A stretch of 44,831 nt of DNA from a virus, in IMG/VR virus record IMGVR_UViG_3300025302_000002, positions 1-44,831 of that record; one strand, 5' to 3'. Numbering within the stretch: position 1 is the first letter of the stretch; each line of letters opens with the position of its first letter. This document shows, one piece after another, positions 1 to 9,105 of the stretch. Below the pieces are notes generated by a model that was not told the DNA's origin, searched no databases, and worked only from the letters and a program-made list of their open reading frames with translations. Both the position numbers and the translations under genes were made by a program.

Positions 1-127
1 CAACATCTGCCAGATCTCGGACAAGGTGGCCCGCGTGTCCGGCACCCAGCAGGCGGTTGATCATGCCGGCCGCGACAACGAACTCGCCTATCAAGAAATG
101 CTGAAGGGCCTTGAGCTCAAGCGCGAC
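1..127. repeat. Terminal overlap, copy 1 (identical to 44705-44831)
   Basis: Base-by-base comparison of the first 127 nt with the last 127 nt of the window shows no mismatch. Confidence 0.95.
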
Positions 128-715
128 ATGGAGTCGATCTTGGTCGGCACCAACGCTGCGAAGAACGTCGGCGCCGAGGGCACCGCGCGCAAGACCGCCT
201 CGATCCTGTCCTGGATCAAGACGAACACCAGCAAGGGCACTGGCGCGGCGGCTGACCCGGCCAACGCTCTCGGCACCGGCACCCGCACGGACGGAACTCA
301 GGTTGCGTTCACGGAAGCCCGTCTGAAGACTGTTCTTTCCTCGATCTGGACCCAGGGCGGCAAGCCCGACACGGTGTTCACTGGTGCCTTCACCAAGCAG
401 GTCTTCTCGACCTTCACGGGTCGGTCTACCCCGATGGAGCAGGCCAGCTCGAAGAAGATCGTGGCGTCCGTTGACGCCTACGAGTCCGACTTCGGCAAGC
501 TGAAGGTTGTTGCCAACCGCTTCCAGCGTACTCGCGACGTTCTTGTGCTGGAAATGGACAAGTGGGCGGTTGCCTTCCTGAACGGCCGCAAGATGGTGTC
601 GATCGCGCTCGCCAAGACCGGCGACTCGGATCGTCGTCAGATCCTGTCGGAGTACACCCTCGTTGCCCGCAACGAGAAAGCTTCCGGCGGCATCTTCGAC
701 AACATCGACGCATAA
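2..715 (+). CDS. Major capsid protein, C-terminal part (continues from 44460..44831 across the circular junction; joined product 319 aa)
   Basis: Frame of 2..715 equals the frame of 44460..44831 once the 44704-nt offset is applied. The N-terminal motif FLTYDAIGNREDLSDVIYRIDPTDTPF resembles HK97-fold podophage capsid proteins (SU10/DUF5309-like, from memory). The gene follows the scaffold gene. Confidence 0.8.
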   Translation, partial: NICQISDKVARVSGTQQAVDHAGRDNELAYQEMLKGLELKRDMESILVGTNAAKNVGAEGTARKTASILSWIKTNTSKGTGAAADPANALGTGTRTDGTQVAFTEARLKTVLSSIWTQGGKPDTVFTGAFTKQVFSTFTGRSTPMEQASSKKIVASVDAYESDFGKLKVVANRFQRTRDVLVLEMDKWAVAFLNGRKMVSIALAKTGDSDRRQILSEYTLVARNEKASGGIFDNIDA

Positions 716-736
716 GCCTCTTAACATCAACCTTAT

Positions 737-759
737 GGGCGCTCTTCGGGGCGCCCTTT
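737..759 (+). terminator. Stem-loop GGGCGCUC-UUCG-GGGCGCCC followed by UUU, just after the capsid stop; candidate attenuating terminator
   Basis: Inverted repeat 737-744 / 749-756 with a UUCG tetraloop and a short T run at 757-759. It lies 22 nt after TAA 713-715. Confidence 0.4.
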
Positions 760-775
760 CCATTGGAGGCTATCA

Positions 776-1174
776 ATGCCAATCCCGAATAATCATCCTC
801 TCGATGAGCATACAGTTACCTGCTTTACTCCGTCATTCGGCACCACGCCGATCGCGGGTGTTGTGCGAGCGCCATTCCGTGGCACGATCATTAAGGTTGG
901 CTTTGTCGCCAATCTGGCATGGACAGGCACGCTTACTGTTACTCCGTCCATCATCCCGGCCGCTGCGGATGGTGCGGCGCCGGGTTCTGGCACCGCGATC
1001 ACTGGTGGCGCGTTCACCATGAGTGCGACCAATAGTGCACCGGGATCGACCAACAGCGCTATTCCGACTGGTGCCAATCAGGTCAACGAAGACGATGTAA
1101 TCCGTTTCGTCCCATCTGGCGCGACTGCGACCAGTGGCACCGGAACGTTTTACGCTGTCATCCAGCAGGCGTGA
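776..1174 (+). CDS. Hypothetical head-module protein (132 aa)
   Basis: ATG 776 is preceded by GGAGG at 765-769. Gly/Ala/Thr-rich, beta-type composition. Directly downstream of the capsid gene. Family not recognised. Confidence 0.6.
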   Translation: MPIPNNHPLDEHTVTCFTPSFGTTPIAGVVRAPFRGTIIKVGFVANLAWTGTLTVTPSIIPAAADGAAPGSGTAITGGAFTMSATNSAPGSTNSAIPTGANQVNEDDVIRFVPSGATATSGTGTFYAVIQQA

Positions 1175-1470
1175 CCCGCATGGCCGGCACGCAATATTTC
1201 GGAACAGGGCGGCTCGGCACTCACCAGTCCGCTGCCTATACTGGCACGGCTGGCACCATCACTAATGCTTTCGGCTCCGGCACCTACAAGGTCCGCGTCG
1301 TCGTGACGAGCGCTGCATATGTGAAGGTTGGCAGTTCTCCGACCGCTACGACCGCGGATGTCTACGTGCCCGCCGATGCCGTGGAATACTTCACGGCATA
1401 CCCCGGTGAAAAGGTGTCGGCCGTACAGGTATCGGCCGGCGGCACGTTGCATGTGACGGAAATCGTTTAA
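1171..1470 (+). CDS. Hypothetical head-module protein (99 aa)
   Basis: GTG 1171 overlaps the previous stop (alternative ATG 1180). Compact operon context. Confidence 0.55.
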   Translation: MTRMAGTQYFGTGRLGTHQSAAYTGTAGTITNAFGSGTYKVRVVVTSAAYVKVGSSPTATTADVYVPADAVEYFTAYPGEKVSAVQVSAGGTLHVTEIV

Positions 1471-1790
1471 TGAGCCTTGCGCGCATCCACATCGACAGCA
1501 ACGGTCGAGACCTGACGGTCCAACATACGCAAGACGTTGAGCCCATCTTGGAATGGAACAAGGAAGCGCGCCGAGAGGAGCAACACAGCGATTGGGGGCG
1601 GCACGTCGCCCGCATCCCAAACGTGATCTATGTGAAGTGGCTGGATGAAGAGTATCGCAAGGGCAACACGACCCTTCGCATGTTCTCGCCGGAGTTCGAC
1701 GAGATCGTGCAGCGCAAGCTTCAAGACCCGGAATGGGCATACTTGCGCACTGACAAGCCCGCGCTCGTGACCGGATGGACAGGTAATTGA
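1470..1790 (+). CDS. Hypothetical protein (106 aa)
   Basis: TAATG start/stop overlap with the upstream ORF. Mixed charged/aromatic, protein-like composition. Confidence 0.6.
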   Translation: MSLARIHIDSNGRDLTVQHTQDVEPILEWNKEARREEQHSDWGRHVARIPNVIYVKWLDEEYRKGNTTLRMFSPEFDEIVQRKLQDPEWAYLRTDKPALVTGWTGN

Positions 1791-2440
1791 CCCAGATTAC
1801 CGATTACACCTCGCTCCAGGCGGCGGTCACTGAGTATTTGGCTCGCGACCAGGACGCGACGCTGATCGCTCGCATTCCTACGTTCATCCAGCTTGCGGAA
1901 GCCAAGTTCAATCGCATGCTGTATGTCCGGCAGATGGAGCAGAGGTCAACGACGACGGTTGACACTGGTGCGACTGAGCCCGAGTTCATCTCTTTGCCGG
2001 GTGACTTCCAGTCGATGAGGCGGGTCCGTCTGTCCAGTGTTGCGGGAAAGCCGTGCCTTGAGTTCAAGAGCGGCACGCAGATGGATGAGTATCGCTTTTC
2101 GATCTCTGATGTTGCCGGACAGCCGCGCTATTTCACTGTGTTCGGCAGCGAACTCGAGTTGGCGCCCACTCCGAACGATGATTACACCATCGAGATGGTC
2201 TACCGCCAGAATGTGCCGGCGCTGGCGAGTAATTCAACGAACTGGCTGCTGACCCTCGCTCCTGATCTCTACCTCTATGGCGCATTGCTGGAGTCGGCTC
2301 CTTACATGAAGGAAGACGAGCGCATCCAGACTTGGGCGCTGGGCTTCTCTGCCGCGCTGGACGGCCTCAACCAGCTTGGCATGACCTCCGCGTTCAACGC
2401 CGGGCCGATGATCGTCCGCACTTCGGGTCAGACGCCGTGA
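1787..2440 (+). CDS. Putative head-tail adaptor/connector protein (217 aa)
   Basis: TTGA overlap start. The N-terminal pattern YLARD...IPTFIQLAEAKFNR and the C-terminal TNWLL..PDLYLYGALLE resemble phage adaptor proteins as I recall them. Sits between head and tail genes. Confidence 0.55.
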   Translation: MTQITDYTSLQAAVTEYLARDQDATLIARIPTFIQLAEAKFNRMLYVRQMEQRSTTTVDTGATEPEFISLPGDFQSMRRVRLSSVAGKPCLEFKSGTQMDEYRFSISDVAGQPRYFTVFGSELELAPTPNDDYTIEMVYRQNVPALASNSTNWLLTLAPDLYLYGALLESAPYMKEDERIQTWALGFSAALDGLNQLGMTSAFNAGPMIVRTSGQTP

Positions 2441-2610
2441 CGACCTGGACCCCGAAGACGCAGCAGGCCGAGGCGTGGACCGAGCAAGCGCAGCCCGTGC
2501 GCGTGTTTGATCCCTATGTCTTCGACCGAGCTCCGATCTTTGACACGGGCCCCACAGGCGGCGTTTGGGATGTCGCTGGCGAGCAATCCGAGGTTTGGAC
2601 GCAGGCATGA
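2437..2610 (+). CDS. Small hypothetical protein (57 aa)
   Basis: GTGA overlap with the upstream stop and ATGA overlap with the downstream fibre start. Below the ORF-track size limit when started at GTG 2437. Confidence 0.35.
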   Translation: MTTWTPKTQQAEAWTEQAQPVRVFDPYVFDRAPIFDTGPTGGVWDVAGEQSEVWTQA

Positions 2611-3992
2611 CGCTTAGCATCAAGCACGCCTCCCTGACTGGAGCGGCGGCAAACCCTGATGTGCTGGTGGATGGCCCCAAGTGGGACGCCGAGCACGCGG
2701 TTACGGGCGATCTGCCGGTCTCGCAGCTTGCGGGCGGGTCTGGCGCGTCCTCCTCGACCTTCTGGCGCGGCGATGGAACGTGGGCCACCCCGGCGAGTGG
2801 CGGAACGCCCGGCGGCTCAAACACGCAGGTTCAATATAACAACGGCGGCTCATTCGCCGGCATAACCGGGGCGACGACGAACGGAACGGCGCTGACGCTG
2901 GTTGCGCCCATTTTGGGAACGCCAGCGAGCGTTACACTGACGAATGGCACTGGCCTGCCGATCTCCACGGGTGTTGCTGGCCTTGGGACGAACGTTGCAA
3001 CGTTCCTCGCTACTCCGTCTAGCGCGAACCTTCGCGCCGCCCTGACTGACGAGGTCGGGGCTGGCGCGGCGTATTTCGTTGGAGGTGCGCTCGGCACTCC
3101 GGCATCCGCAACTCTGACGAACGCCACCGGCCTCCCGCTTTCCACGGGCGTGACTGGCAATCTCTCTGTCAATAACCTCAACGGCGGCACGAGTGCCTCG
3201 AGCTCAACGTTCTGGCGGGGCGACGGCACATGGGCAACTCCCTCGGGAGGATCTGGGACAGTTGTCCGGGGCTCCATTGACGGCTTGACGCTGTCTACTG
3301 CGGGCTCGTCTTCGACGTTTGGCATTGCTGCTGGTATGGCGGCTGACTCGACGGAAGCGGATTATATGTCGCTTGCCTCTGCCTATACGAAGACGACTTC
3401 GGCTTGGTCTGTCGGCACCGGGAACGGTGCTCTCGACACTGGCACGATCGCGAACAGCACTTGGTATCATGTCTATTTGATCAAGCGAACGGACACAGGC
3501 GTTGTCGATATCCTGATCTCGACCTCGGCAAGCTCGCCGACGATGCCAACGAACTACACGCTGAAGCGCCGTATTGGCTCCATGAAAACCAACGGGTCGG
3601 CCCAGTGGTCATCGTTCACGCAAAACGGCGATGAGTTTTTGTGGCTCGCCAATGTTCTCGATGTCAATTCCGTGAGTCTCACGGGTGGAACACCCGCGCT
3701 CCAGACGTTGACCGTTCCAACGGGCGTGAAAGTCATGGCGCGTATGATTGTCGCCATCAACAACGTCGCGGCAGTTGGCGCCCTCGTCAATTCGCCAGAT
3801 CAAACGGCCGTGGCGACACCAGCATTCCCCGCAATTAACATCGGCAACATCGTCGCTGGCGGGGCGGGAATTGCGGACATGACCATCCGCACAAATACGT
3901 CTGCGCAAATTCGCATTGCGGCGACCACTACATCATCAGGCTGGTCGATCACTACGCAGGGCTGGGTTGATCGGCGCGGAAGGGACATCTAG
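2607..3992 (+). CDS. Tail fibre protein with internal repeats (461 aa)
   Basis: ATG 2607. [15 protein letters not shown] occurs twice (2748-2792 and 3198-3242). GTPAS(V/A)TLTN(G/A)TGLP(I/L)STGV also occurs twice. Gly/Thr/Ser/Ala-rich fibre composition. Confidence 0.75.
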   Translation: MTLSIKHASLTGAAANPDVLVDGPKWDAEHAVTGDLPVSQLAGGSGASSSTFWRGDGTWATPASGGTPGGSNTQVQYNNGGSFAGITGATTNGTALTLVAPILGTPASVTLTNGTGLPISTGVAGLGTNVATFLATPSSANLRAALTDEVGAGAAYFVGGALGTPASATLTNATGLPLSTGVTGNLSVNNLNGGTSASSSTFWRGDGTWATPSGGSGTVVRGSIDGLTLSTAGSSSTFGIAAGMAADSTEADYMSLASAYTKTTSAWSVGTGNGALDTGTIANSTWYHVYLIKRTDTGVVDILISTSASSPTMPTNYTLKRRIGSMKTNGSAQWSSFTQNGDEFLWLANVLDVNSVSLTGGTPALQTLTVPTGVKVMARMIVAINNVAAVGALVNSPDQTAVATPAFPAINIGNIVAGGAGIADMTIRTNTSAQIRIAATTTSSGWSITTQGWVDRRGRDI

Positions 3993-3996
3993 GCTG

Positions 3997-5469
3997 ATGC
4001 CACTCCTTAAGTTCGGGGCATGGTCGCCAGATACGACTGACTTTGAATCTTCGGCACCCAAGACGATCCTGAACGTCATCCCGCGCGCCGATGGCTATGG
4101 TCCGTTTCCGGGGGTGTCGGCTTATACTCAGGCTCTGCCGGCAGCTTGTCGCGGTGGCTTCTACGCCCTGAAGTCGGACGGCTCGGTCATTACCTTTGCT
4201 GCAACCGCGACGAAGCTCTACCGGCTGGACAATACCGACTTCAGCTGGATCGATGTCTCGAAGGCGTCCGGAACGTACACGGCTCCCACGGTCGGTTCTT
4301 CTCCGGCCAATTGGCAGTTTGCCCAGTTCGGCAATCTGGTGTTCGCAACGCAGGCCAACACTGTCCTGCAGGTCTATAACCTGTCGTCCTCGACGGAATT
4401 TGCTGACTGCGCGGGATCGCCTCCGCAAGCCGCCTATATCTCGGTTGTCGGTCGCTTCCTTGTCCTGTCCGGCCTTCTCTCGCAGCCGTACCGCATCCAG
4501 TGGTCGGGCCTGAACGATACGACGAACTGGACCAGCGGCGTCAACTCGTCGGACTTTCAGGACTTCCCCGACGGCGGCATTGTGCGCGGCGTTGGTGGTG
4601 GTGAGTTCGGAACGGTGTTTCAGGACCAGGCCATCCGGCGCATGTCCTACATTCCCGGCTCCGCTCTCATCTTCCAGATTGAGCGCATTTCGCAGGACAA
4701 GGGCCTCTATGCGCCTTACTCGCTGGTGAGAGCGGGCGAATATCTGTTCTTCTACGGCTCGCAGGGCTTTGCGAAGATCGCCCCAGGCGGCTTCCCTGAG
4801 CCGATCGGCCGCGAGAGGGTTGACCGGACGTTCCTGCTGGATCTCGACAAGGGCAATCTTCAGCTTGTGATCGGGGCGTCTGACCCGCGCACCTCACGGG
4901 TCTATTGGGCCTATAAGTCAGTGAGCGGCCTGTCTGGCCTCTTCGACAAGATCATTGGTTTCGACTACGTGCTCGAGCAGTGGTTCACGATCTCGGATGT
5001 CGGGGAATATCTCCTTGGCATTTCGCAAACCGGCCTGACGCTCGAAAGCCTCGACTCCATTTCGTCTTCGCTCGACGCCTTGACGCTGAGCCTCGACGCC
5101 TATGCAACGGCGGTCCAGCCTGAGATCGCGCAATTCAGTTCCGCCCATAAGCTCGGCTTCTATCGCGGACAGAACCTTGAGGCGACGCTGGAAAGTGGAG
5201 AGCAGGGGACTGATGGGCGCAAGGTCCGCGTGAAAGGCTTCCGGGCCGTCACTGATGCGCCCACGCATTACGGCTCCTGCTCCTATCGTGACACGTCCAA
5301 TGCAGCTGTTACGGCGGGCGCTGAAGTGCTGGTGAACGCAAGAACTGGGCGCTGCGACATGCAGCGGGAAACCCGCTACACGCGCTTGAAGGTCCGCATT
5401 CCCGCGGGAACGGATTGGACGTTCTGCGCTGGCGTCGAGCCTGACTTCGCCGGGGCTGGCTCGCTGTGA
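3997..5469 (+). CDS. Putative tail hub/nozzle protein (490 aa)
   Basis: ATG 3997 lies 5 nt after the fibre stop. Beta-rich sequence with recurring hydrophobic-Gly blades suggesting a propeller. Size and position fit a podovirus tail tube/nozzle protein. Family not firmly recognised. Confidence 0.5.
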   Translation: MPLLKFGAWSPDTTDFESSAPKTILNVIPRADGYGPFPGVSAYTQALPAACRGGFYALKSDGSVITFAATATKLYRLDNTDFSWIDVSKASGTYTAPTVGSSPANWQFAQFGNLVFATQANTVLQVYNLSSSTEFADCAGSPPQAAYISVVGRFLVLSGLLSQPYRIQWSGLNDTTNWTSGVNSSDFQDFPDGGIVRGVGGGEFGTVFQDQAIRRMSYIPGSALIFQIERISQDKGLYAPYSLVRAGEYLFFYGSQGFAKIAPGGFPEPIGRERVDRTFLLDLDKGNLQLVIGASDPRTSRVYWAYKSVSGLSGLFDKIIGFDYVLEQWFTISDVGEYLLGISQTGLTLESLDSISSSLDALTLSLDAYATAVQPEIAQFSSAHKLGFYRGQNLEATLESGEQGTDGRKVRVKGFRAVTDAPTHYGSCSYRDTSNAAVTAGAEVLVNARTGRCDMQRETRYTRLKVRIPAGTDWTFCAGVEPDFAGAGSL

Positions 5470-6059
5470 GCGATTACTACGTCCCCGGCACTGAGGAGAA
5501 AGACCCCAAGAAGGTCATCATGGCCTTGCAGCAGGCGGCAAGCAACGTTGCCGACGCTCAAGACGCCATTGATACGGCCACGGCCGATATTGCGACCAAC
5601 ACTGCTGACATCGCGACCAACACGGCAGATATAGCCACCAATACCGCGGCTATTGCAGCGAATGCGGCTGCTATCGCTGCATTGATCCCGTCCGGAACGC
5701 TGATGCTGTTCCAGCAGACCAGCGCGCCCACGGGGTGGACGAAGCAGACCACCCACAACGACAAGGCGCTTCGTGTGGTGTCGGGCTCGGCGTCGAGCGG
5801 CGGCACGAACTCGTTTTCTACGGTGATGGCGCAAACGACGGTTGGCAACACCACTCTTACCTTGGCTCAAATCCCGGCCCATACTCATAACATCACGACG
5901 AGTTTTAACTCGGGCGCTAGTACATCTCCCGTGGTTTCCGTTACGGGTGCCAATGACGTCACCAGTGTTACGCAGTCTGCGGGTTCTGGTGGTGCCCATA
6001 ACCACACGATCACGATGGCGATGCAGTATGTGGACGTGATTGTGGCGAGTAAGGATTGA
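5466..6059 (+). CDS. Short tail fibre / tail-collar-type receptor-binding protein (197 aa)
   Basis: GTGA overlap start. Three perfect ADIATNT heptads. The C-terminal module APTGW...IPAHTHNITT...GGAHNHTI parallels the tip of ORF 11476..12474. Confidence 0.65.
   Translation: MSDYYVPGTEEKDPKKVIMALQQAASNVADAQDAIDTATADIATNTADIATNTADIATNTAAIAANAAAIAALIPSGTLMLFQQTSAPTGWTKQTTHNDKALRVVSGSASSGGTNSFSTVMAQTTVGNTTLTLAQIPAHTHNITTSFNSGASTSPVVSVTGANDVTSVTQSAGSGGAHNHTITMAMQYVDVIVASKD
5583..5687 (+). repeat. 21-nt in-frame tandem repeat (3 good plus 2 degenerate units) encoding ADIATNT heptads
   Basis: gccgatattgcgaccaacact / gctgacatcgcgaccaacacg / gcagatatagccaccaatacc, then two diverged units. Confidence 0.85.
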
Positions 6060-6343
6060 TGCTTCCTGATCCGAAGGTGAGATGTCCGGCCACGGGCTTC
6101 ACCAAGTCATGCCGCGCCATCGTCAGCAAATACGACTGTCCGAAGTTCGTTCACATCATCGGCAAGAACCCGCAGAACAGCGAGCATATTGACAAGTACG
6201 GGTGCGCGGATTCGTTCCTGCCCATGCTGCTGATCGAGAACTCGCAGATGCAGCGCCAGACCGGAGCGGCAGTTGAAAGCTTTCGCAACGAGATGGTGCA
6301 GATGAATACGCTCACTCTGCCGGGGCCGAAGCTTGTCGGTTGA
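6059..6343 (+). CDS. Hypothetical Cys-containing protein (94 aa)
   Basis: TGATG overlap with the fibre stop. Five Cys, including the CPKF and YGCAD contexts. No recognised family. Confidence 0.5.
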   Translation: MLPDPKVRCPATGFTKSCRAIVSKYDCPKFVHIIGKNPQNSEHIDKYGCADSFLPMLLIENSQMQRQTGAAVESFRNEMVQMNTLTLPGPKLVG

Positions 6344-6734
6344 GCTCGTCTGCGTAGACCCGGCCCGCATCGACGAGATGTGGCCGCATGTTCGAGACAA
6401 GATCAGGGCGGCGGTTGAGAAAACCGGCCTTAGCAGCTTCGCTGACATCGAGGCCGATGTTCTGACGGGCATGCAGCTTTGTTGGCTCGCCTGGGACGGT
6501 CGCGAGATCATGGCCGCCGCCACGACGCAGCTTGTCAAGCCGCTGAGCAAGGTTTGCGTGCTGACGGCGTGCGCGGGCTACGACCGGGACAAGTGGCTCC
6601 CGCTGTTCGCCAGAATTGAGCAATACGCGAAGGACGAGGGCTGCACATCGATGCGCATCTTCGGAAGGCGCGGTTGGGAACGAGTGCTGACGGGCTACCG
6701 ATCAACGCACGTCGTCTTGGAGAAGGCTCTATGA
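6333..6734 (+). CDS. Hypothetical protein, weak GNAT-like C-terminal pattern (133 aa)
   Basis: TTG start overlapping the previous ORF end. The C-terminal YAKDEGCTSMRIFGRRGWERVLTGY resembles the end of an acetyltransferase fold. This is a weak call. Confidence 0.45.
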   Translation: MSVELVCVDPARIDEMWPHVRDKIRAAVEKTGLSSFADIEADVLTGMQLCWLAWDGREIMAAATTQLVKPLSKVCVLTACAGYDRDKWLPLFARIEQYAKDEGCTSMRIFGRRGWERVLTGYRSTHVVLEKAL

Positions 6735-6898
6735 GCATTGGCTTGATCGTCCAGAACCACAAGAAGCTGAAGGGCCTGACCATGCGCTATGAGGACGGCG
6801 GCAGGGTCCAGGTCTTCAAGCTCGGCGACAAGGAAGTCCGTCTTGGGGCAACCGCCTCGGACGGTGAAGTCATCGCTGCTTTCAAGGATCAGAATTAA
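6731..6898 (+). CDS. Small hypothetical protein (55 aa)
   Basis: ATGA overlap with the upstream stop, preceded by GGAGAAGG. Below the ORF-track size limit when started at ATG 6731. Confidence 0.45.
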   Translation: MSIGLIVQNHKKLKGLTMRYEDGGRVQVFKLGDKEVRLGATASDGEVIAAFKDQN

Positions 6899-7764
6899 TG
6901 GGCGGCACCAGCAAGACGACGCAGACCCAACAGTCCGAGACCCAACCTTGGGCTCCGGCGCAGGACACGCTCAAGGGCATCCTGGGCCAGATCAATAGCT
7001 ATTTGCCGCAAACCGGCATCAATGGCACTCAGACCAACGCGCTCAACACGATCGAGCAGAACGGTGCGAATGTCGGTCAGTATGCGCCAGCAGTGCTGGG
7101 TTACACCCAGAACCTGCTCAACGGCGGCGGCGCCATGAACCAGGCCGGCGCGGTCAATCAGAACTATCTCGACTATCAGAAGGCCACCCAGCCTCTGGCG
7201 TCGAACACGGACTATAACCCGTACAACACGCCTGGCTTCAAGGACGCCATCAGCACGATGGTGTCTGACATCACGAACAGCACGAACGGCCAATTTGCCG
7301 CCGCTGGCCGTGATTTCTCGGGCGCCAATTCGCAGGCTCTCGGCCGCGGTATTGCGCAGGGCGTGGCTCCGACGATCGCGTCTCAATTCAATCAGAACGT
7401 CCAGAACCAGCAGGGCGCGGCCGGCAATCTGTACAATGCCGGTAACACCAACGCTGGCCTGTTGAGTGGTTTGCAGCAGCAGGGGCTTGCGAACCAAGGG
7501 GCTGGCATCAGTGCAATCGGGGCTGGTCAGGACGCGCTCAACTCAGGTGCGACGAACACGCTTGCTGCGGAAGCGCAGAGGCTGGGAATTCCGCTTCAGA
7601 ACCTCGGCATGCTCGCCCAGATCGGCGTTCCCATTGCGGGCCTCGGTGGCACGTCTAATGGCACGAGCACGGGCACTCAGCAGATGTCCGGCGCTCAGCA
7701 GTTCGGAACGATCGCGAACGGCCTTGGCGGTCTGTTCAAATCCTTCTTCCCTGGTGGGCTCTAA
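6898..7764 (+). CDS. Putative internal virion/ejection protein (288 aa)
   Basis: TAATG overlap start. Gln/Asn/Gly-rich with no TM segment. Composition and position are typical of podovirus core proteins. Confidence 0.55.
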   Translation: MGGTSKTTQTQQSETQPWAPAQDTLKGILGQINSYLPQTGINGTQTNALNTIEQNGANVGQYAPAVLGYTQNLLNGGGAMNQAGAVNQNYLDYQKATQPLASNTDYNPYNTPGFKDAISTMVSDITNSTNGQFAAAGRDFSGANSQALGRGIAQGVAPTIASQFNQNVQNQQGAAGNLYNAGNTNAGLLSGLQQQGLANQGAGISAIGAGQDALNSGATNTLAAEAQRLGIPLQNLGMLAQIGVPIAGLGGTSNGTSTGTQQMSGAQQFGTIANGLGGLFKSFFPGGL

Positions 7765-7767
7765 TAA

Positions 7768-9105
7768 ATGCCTGGACTTCTCGACTATCTCACCAACCCA
7801 GTCGGTCAATACGGCGCGGGGCTTCTTGGCGGTATTGCGGACTTCTACCGTAATATGCCCGCACCTCAGGTTGACAATAGCGGCCCTCAGTATGATGCCA
7901 CCGGGGCATTTACAGGCGTCAACAACCAGCCCATCGCGCCGCAGGCTCCGTCCGTCTTCAGCACGGGCGCCCCTGCGTTCATGCCTTCGCCGACGCTGCC
8001 GCAGCCGGCCGCTCCGGCTCCTGCGCCCGCCGCCCCGCAGCCGCAGTTGGAAAACCCCATCGCGGTCGGCAATTACCAGATGCCGCGCATTGGCAACCCT
8101 GACGCGTTTTTGCCGCAGCAAGCAATGACGCCGCCGAATGCGACGCCGACGCAAGGGCAGATGCCGAGCGGCTTGCCGCAGCAGGCGGAGCCGCAGGGTT
8201 TGCCCCCTGCATTGGGTGGGGTTGGCTCGGCCTTGGGCCGCGCGTTCAACCCAGACGGCTTGATTGCGCGCCTTACCGGCAACGATAGCCGATCCATGGC
8301 GCAGCAAAACCTCAGGGCGCAGTACGAAGCCCTTGTGCCGCTGGTCGGACGTCAGAAGGCGATGCTCGCCGTTCTCAATCCTGAAGCTGGAAAAACGATC
8401 CTCGCTCAAGCGCTCGAAAAGAAGAACTACGGTTTCACAAAACTGGATAACGATACCGTTCTTCGCAATGATCCGCAGACCGGCAAGGTCGAAATTGCCT
8501 ATGGCGGCGGAGACGACCGCGGCACGATCACTGGCCCTGACGGCAAGCAGATTGCCATCCCGCCTGGCGTCGATCGCAAGACTTTCGTCAATGAGATCAG
8601 CCGCGCGACTGCTGACGCCACTACTGGCAAGAAGACGGAAGTACAGGGCGCGGCCGAACAGTTTGCTAACCGCATGGAGAACGCCGAGAAGAGCTTCGGC
8701 AAGGTTGGCGATGAAGGTCTCGGCCTTTCTGGCGCTGCGCAAAGCGCGGCAAGTGGGGTGCCGGTAGTCGGCAACTTCCTGAAGACCCAGAACTTCCAGA
8801 AGATGGAGCAGGCCAAGCGCGAGTGGGTGACTGCTTTGCTCCGCAAGGAATCGGGCGCCGCGATCGGCAGGGACGAATACACGCAGTATGACCGTCAGTT
8901 CTTCCCGCAGCCCGGTGACGGCCCCGATGTCGTTGCTCAGAAGGCAGAGGCGCGCCGCGTCGCGGTTGACGCCCTGAAGAAAGCAGCCGGTCCAAGCTAC
9001 AAATCGCCCGAAGGCGTTGGCCCGGCCGTTGGCGCGGTTCAGATGGGCTACCGCTTCAAGGGCGGCAATCCTGCTGATCGCAATAGCTGGGAGCGCGTGC
9101 AGTAA
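7768..9105 (+). CDS. Putative internal virion/ejection protein (445 aa)
   Basis: Gly-rich N-terminus, a long Pro/Ala/Gln linker, then a charged globular part. Second of three consecutive large virion ORFs. Confidence 0.55.
   Translation: MPGLLDYLTNPVGQYGAGLLGGIADFYRNMPAPQVDNSGPQYDATGAFTGVNNQPIAPQAPSVFSTGAPAFMPSPTLPQPAAPAPAPAAPQPQLENPIAVGNYQMPRIGNPDAFLPQQAMTPPNATPTQGQMPSGLPQQAEPQGLPPALGGVGSALGRAFNPDGLIARLTGNDSRSMAQQNLRAQYEALVPLVGRQKAMLAVLNPEAGKTILAQALEKKNYGFTKLDNDTVLRNDPQTGKVEIAYGGGDDRGTITGPDGKQIAIPPGVDRKTFVNEISRATADATTGKKTEVQGAAEQFANRMENAEKSFGKVGDEGLGLSGAAQSAASGVPVVGNFLKTQNFQKMEQAKREWVTALLRKESGAAIGRDEYTQYDRQFFPQPGDGPDVVAQKAEARRVAVDALKKAAGPSYKSPEGVGPAVGAVQMGYRFKGGNPADRNSWERVQ

Noticed and set aside
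2748-3242. Duplicated fibre segments considered as the template/variable repeat pair of a diversity-generating retroelement.
   Set aside because: There is no reverse transcriptase anywhere in the genome. The copies are in-frame structural repeats within one gene, and their differences are not adenine-specific.
7980-8060. Apparent nucleotide repeats in the Pro/Ala/Gln-rich regions (also 11160-11400 and 42600-43010).
   Set aside because: These are low-complexity coding sequence for PAQ-rich linkers and the portal barrel. They have no defined repeat unit at the DNA level.
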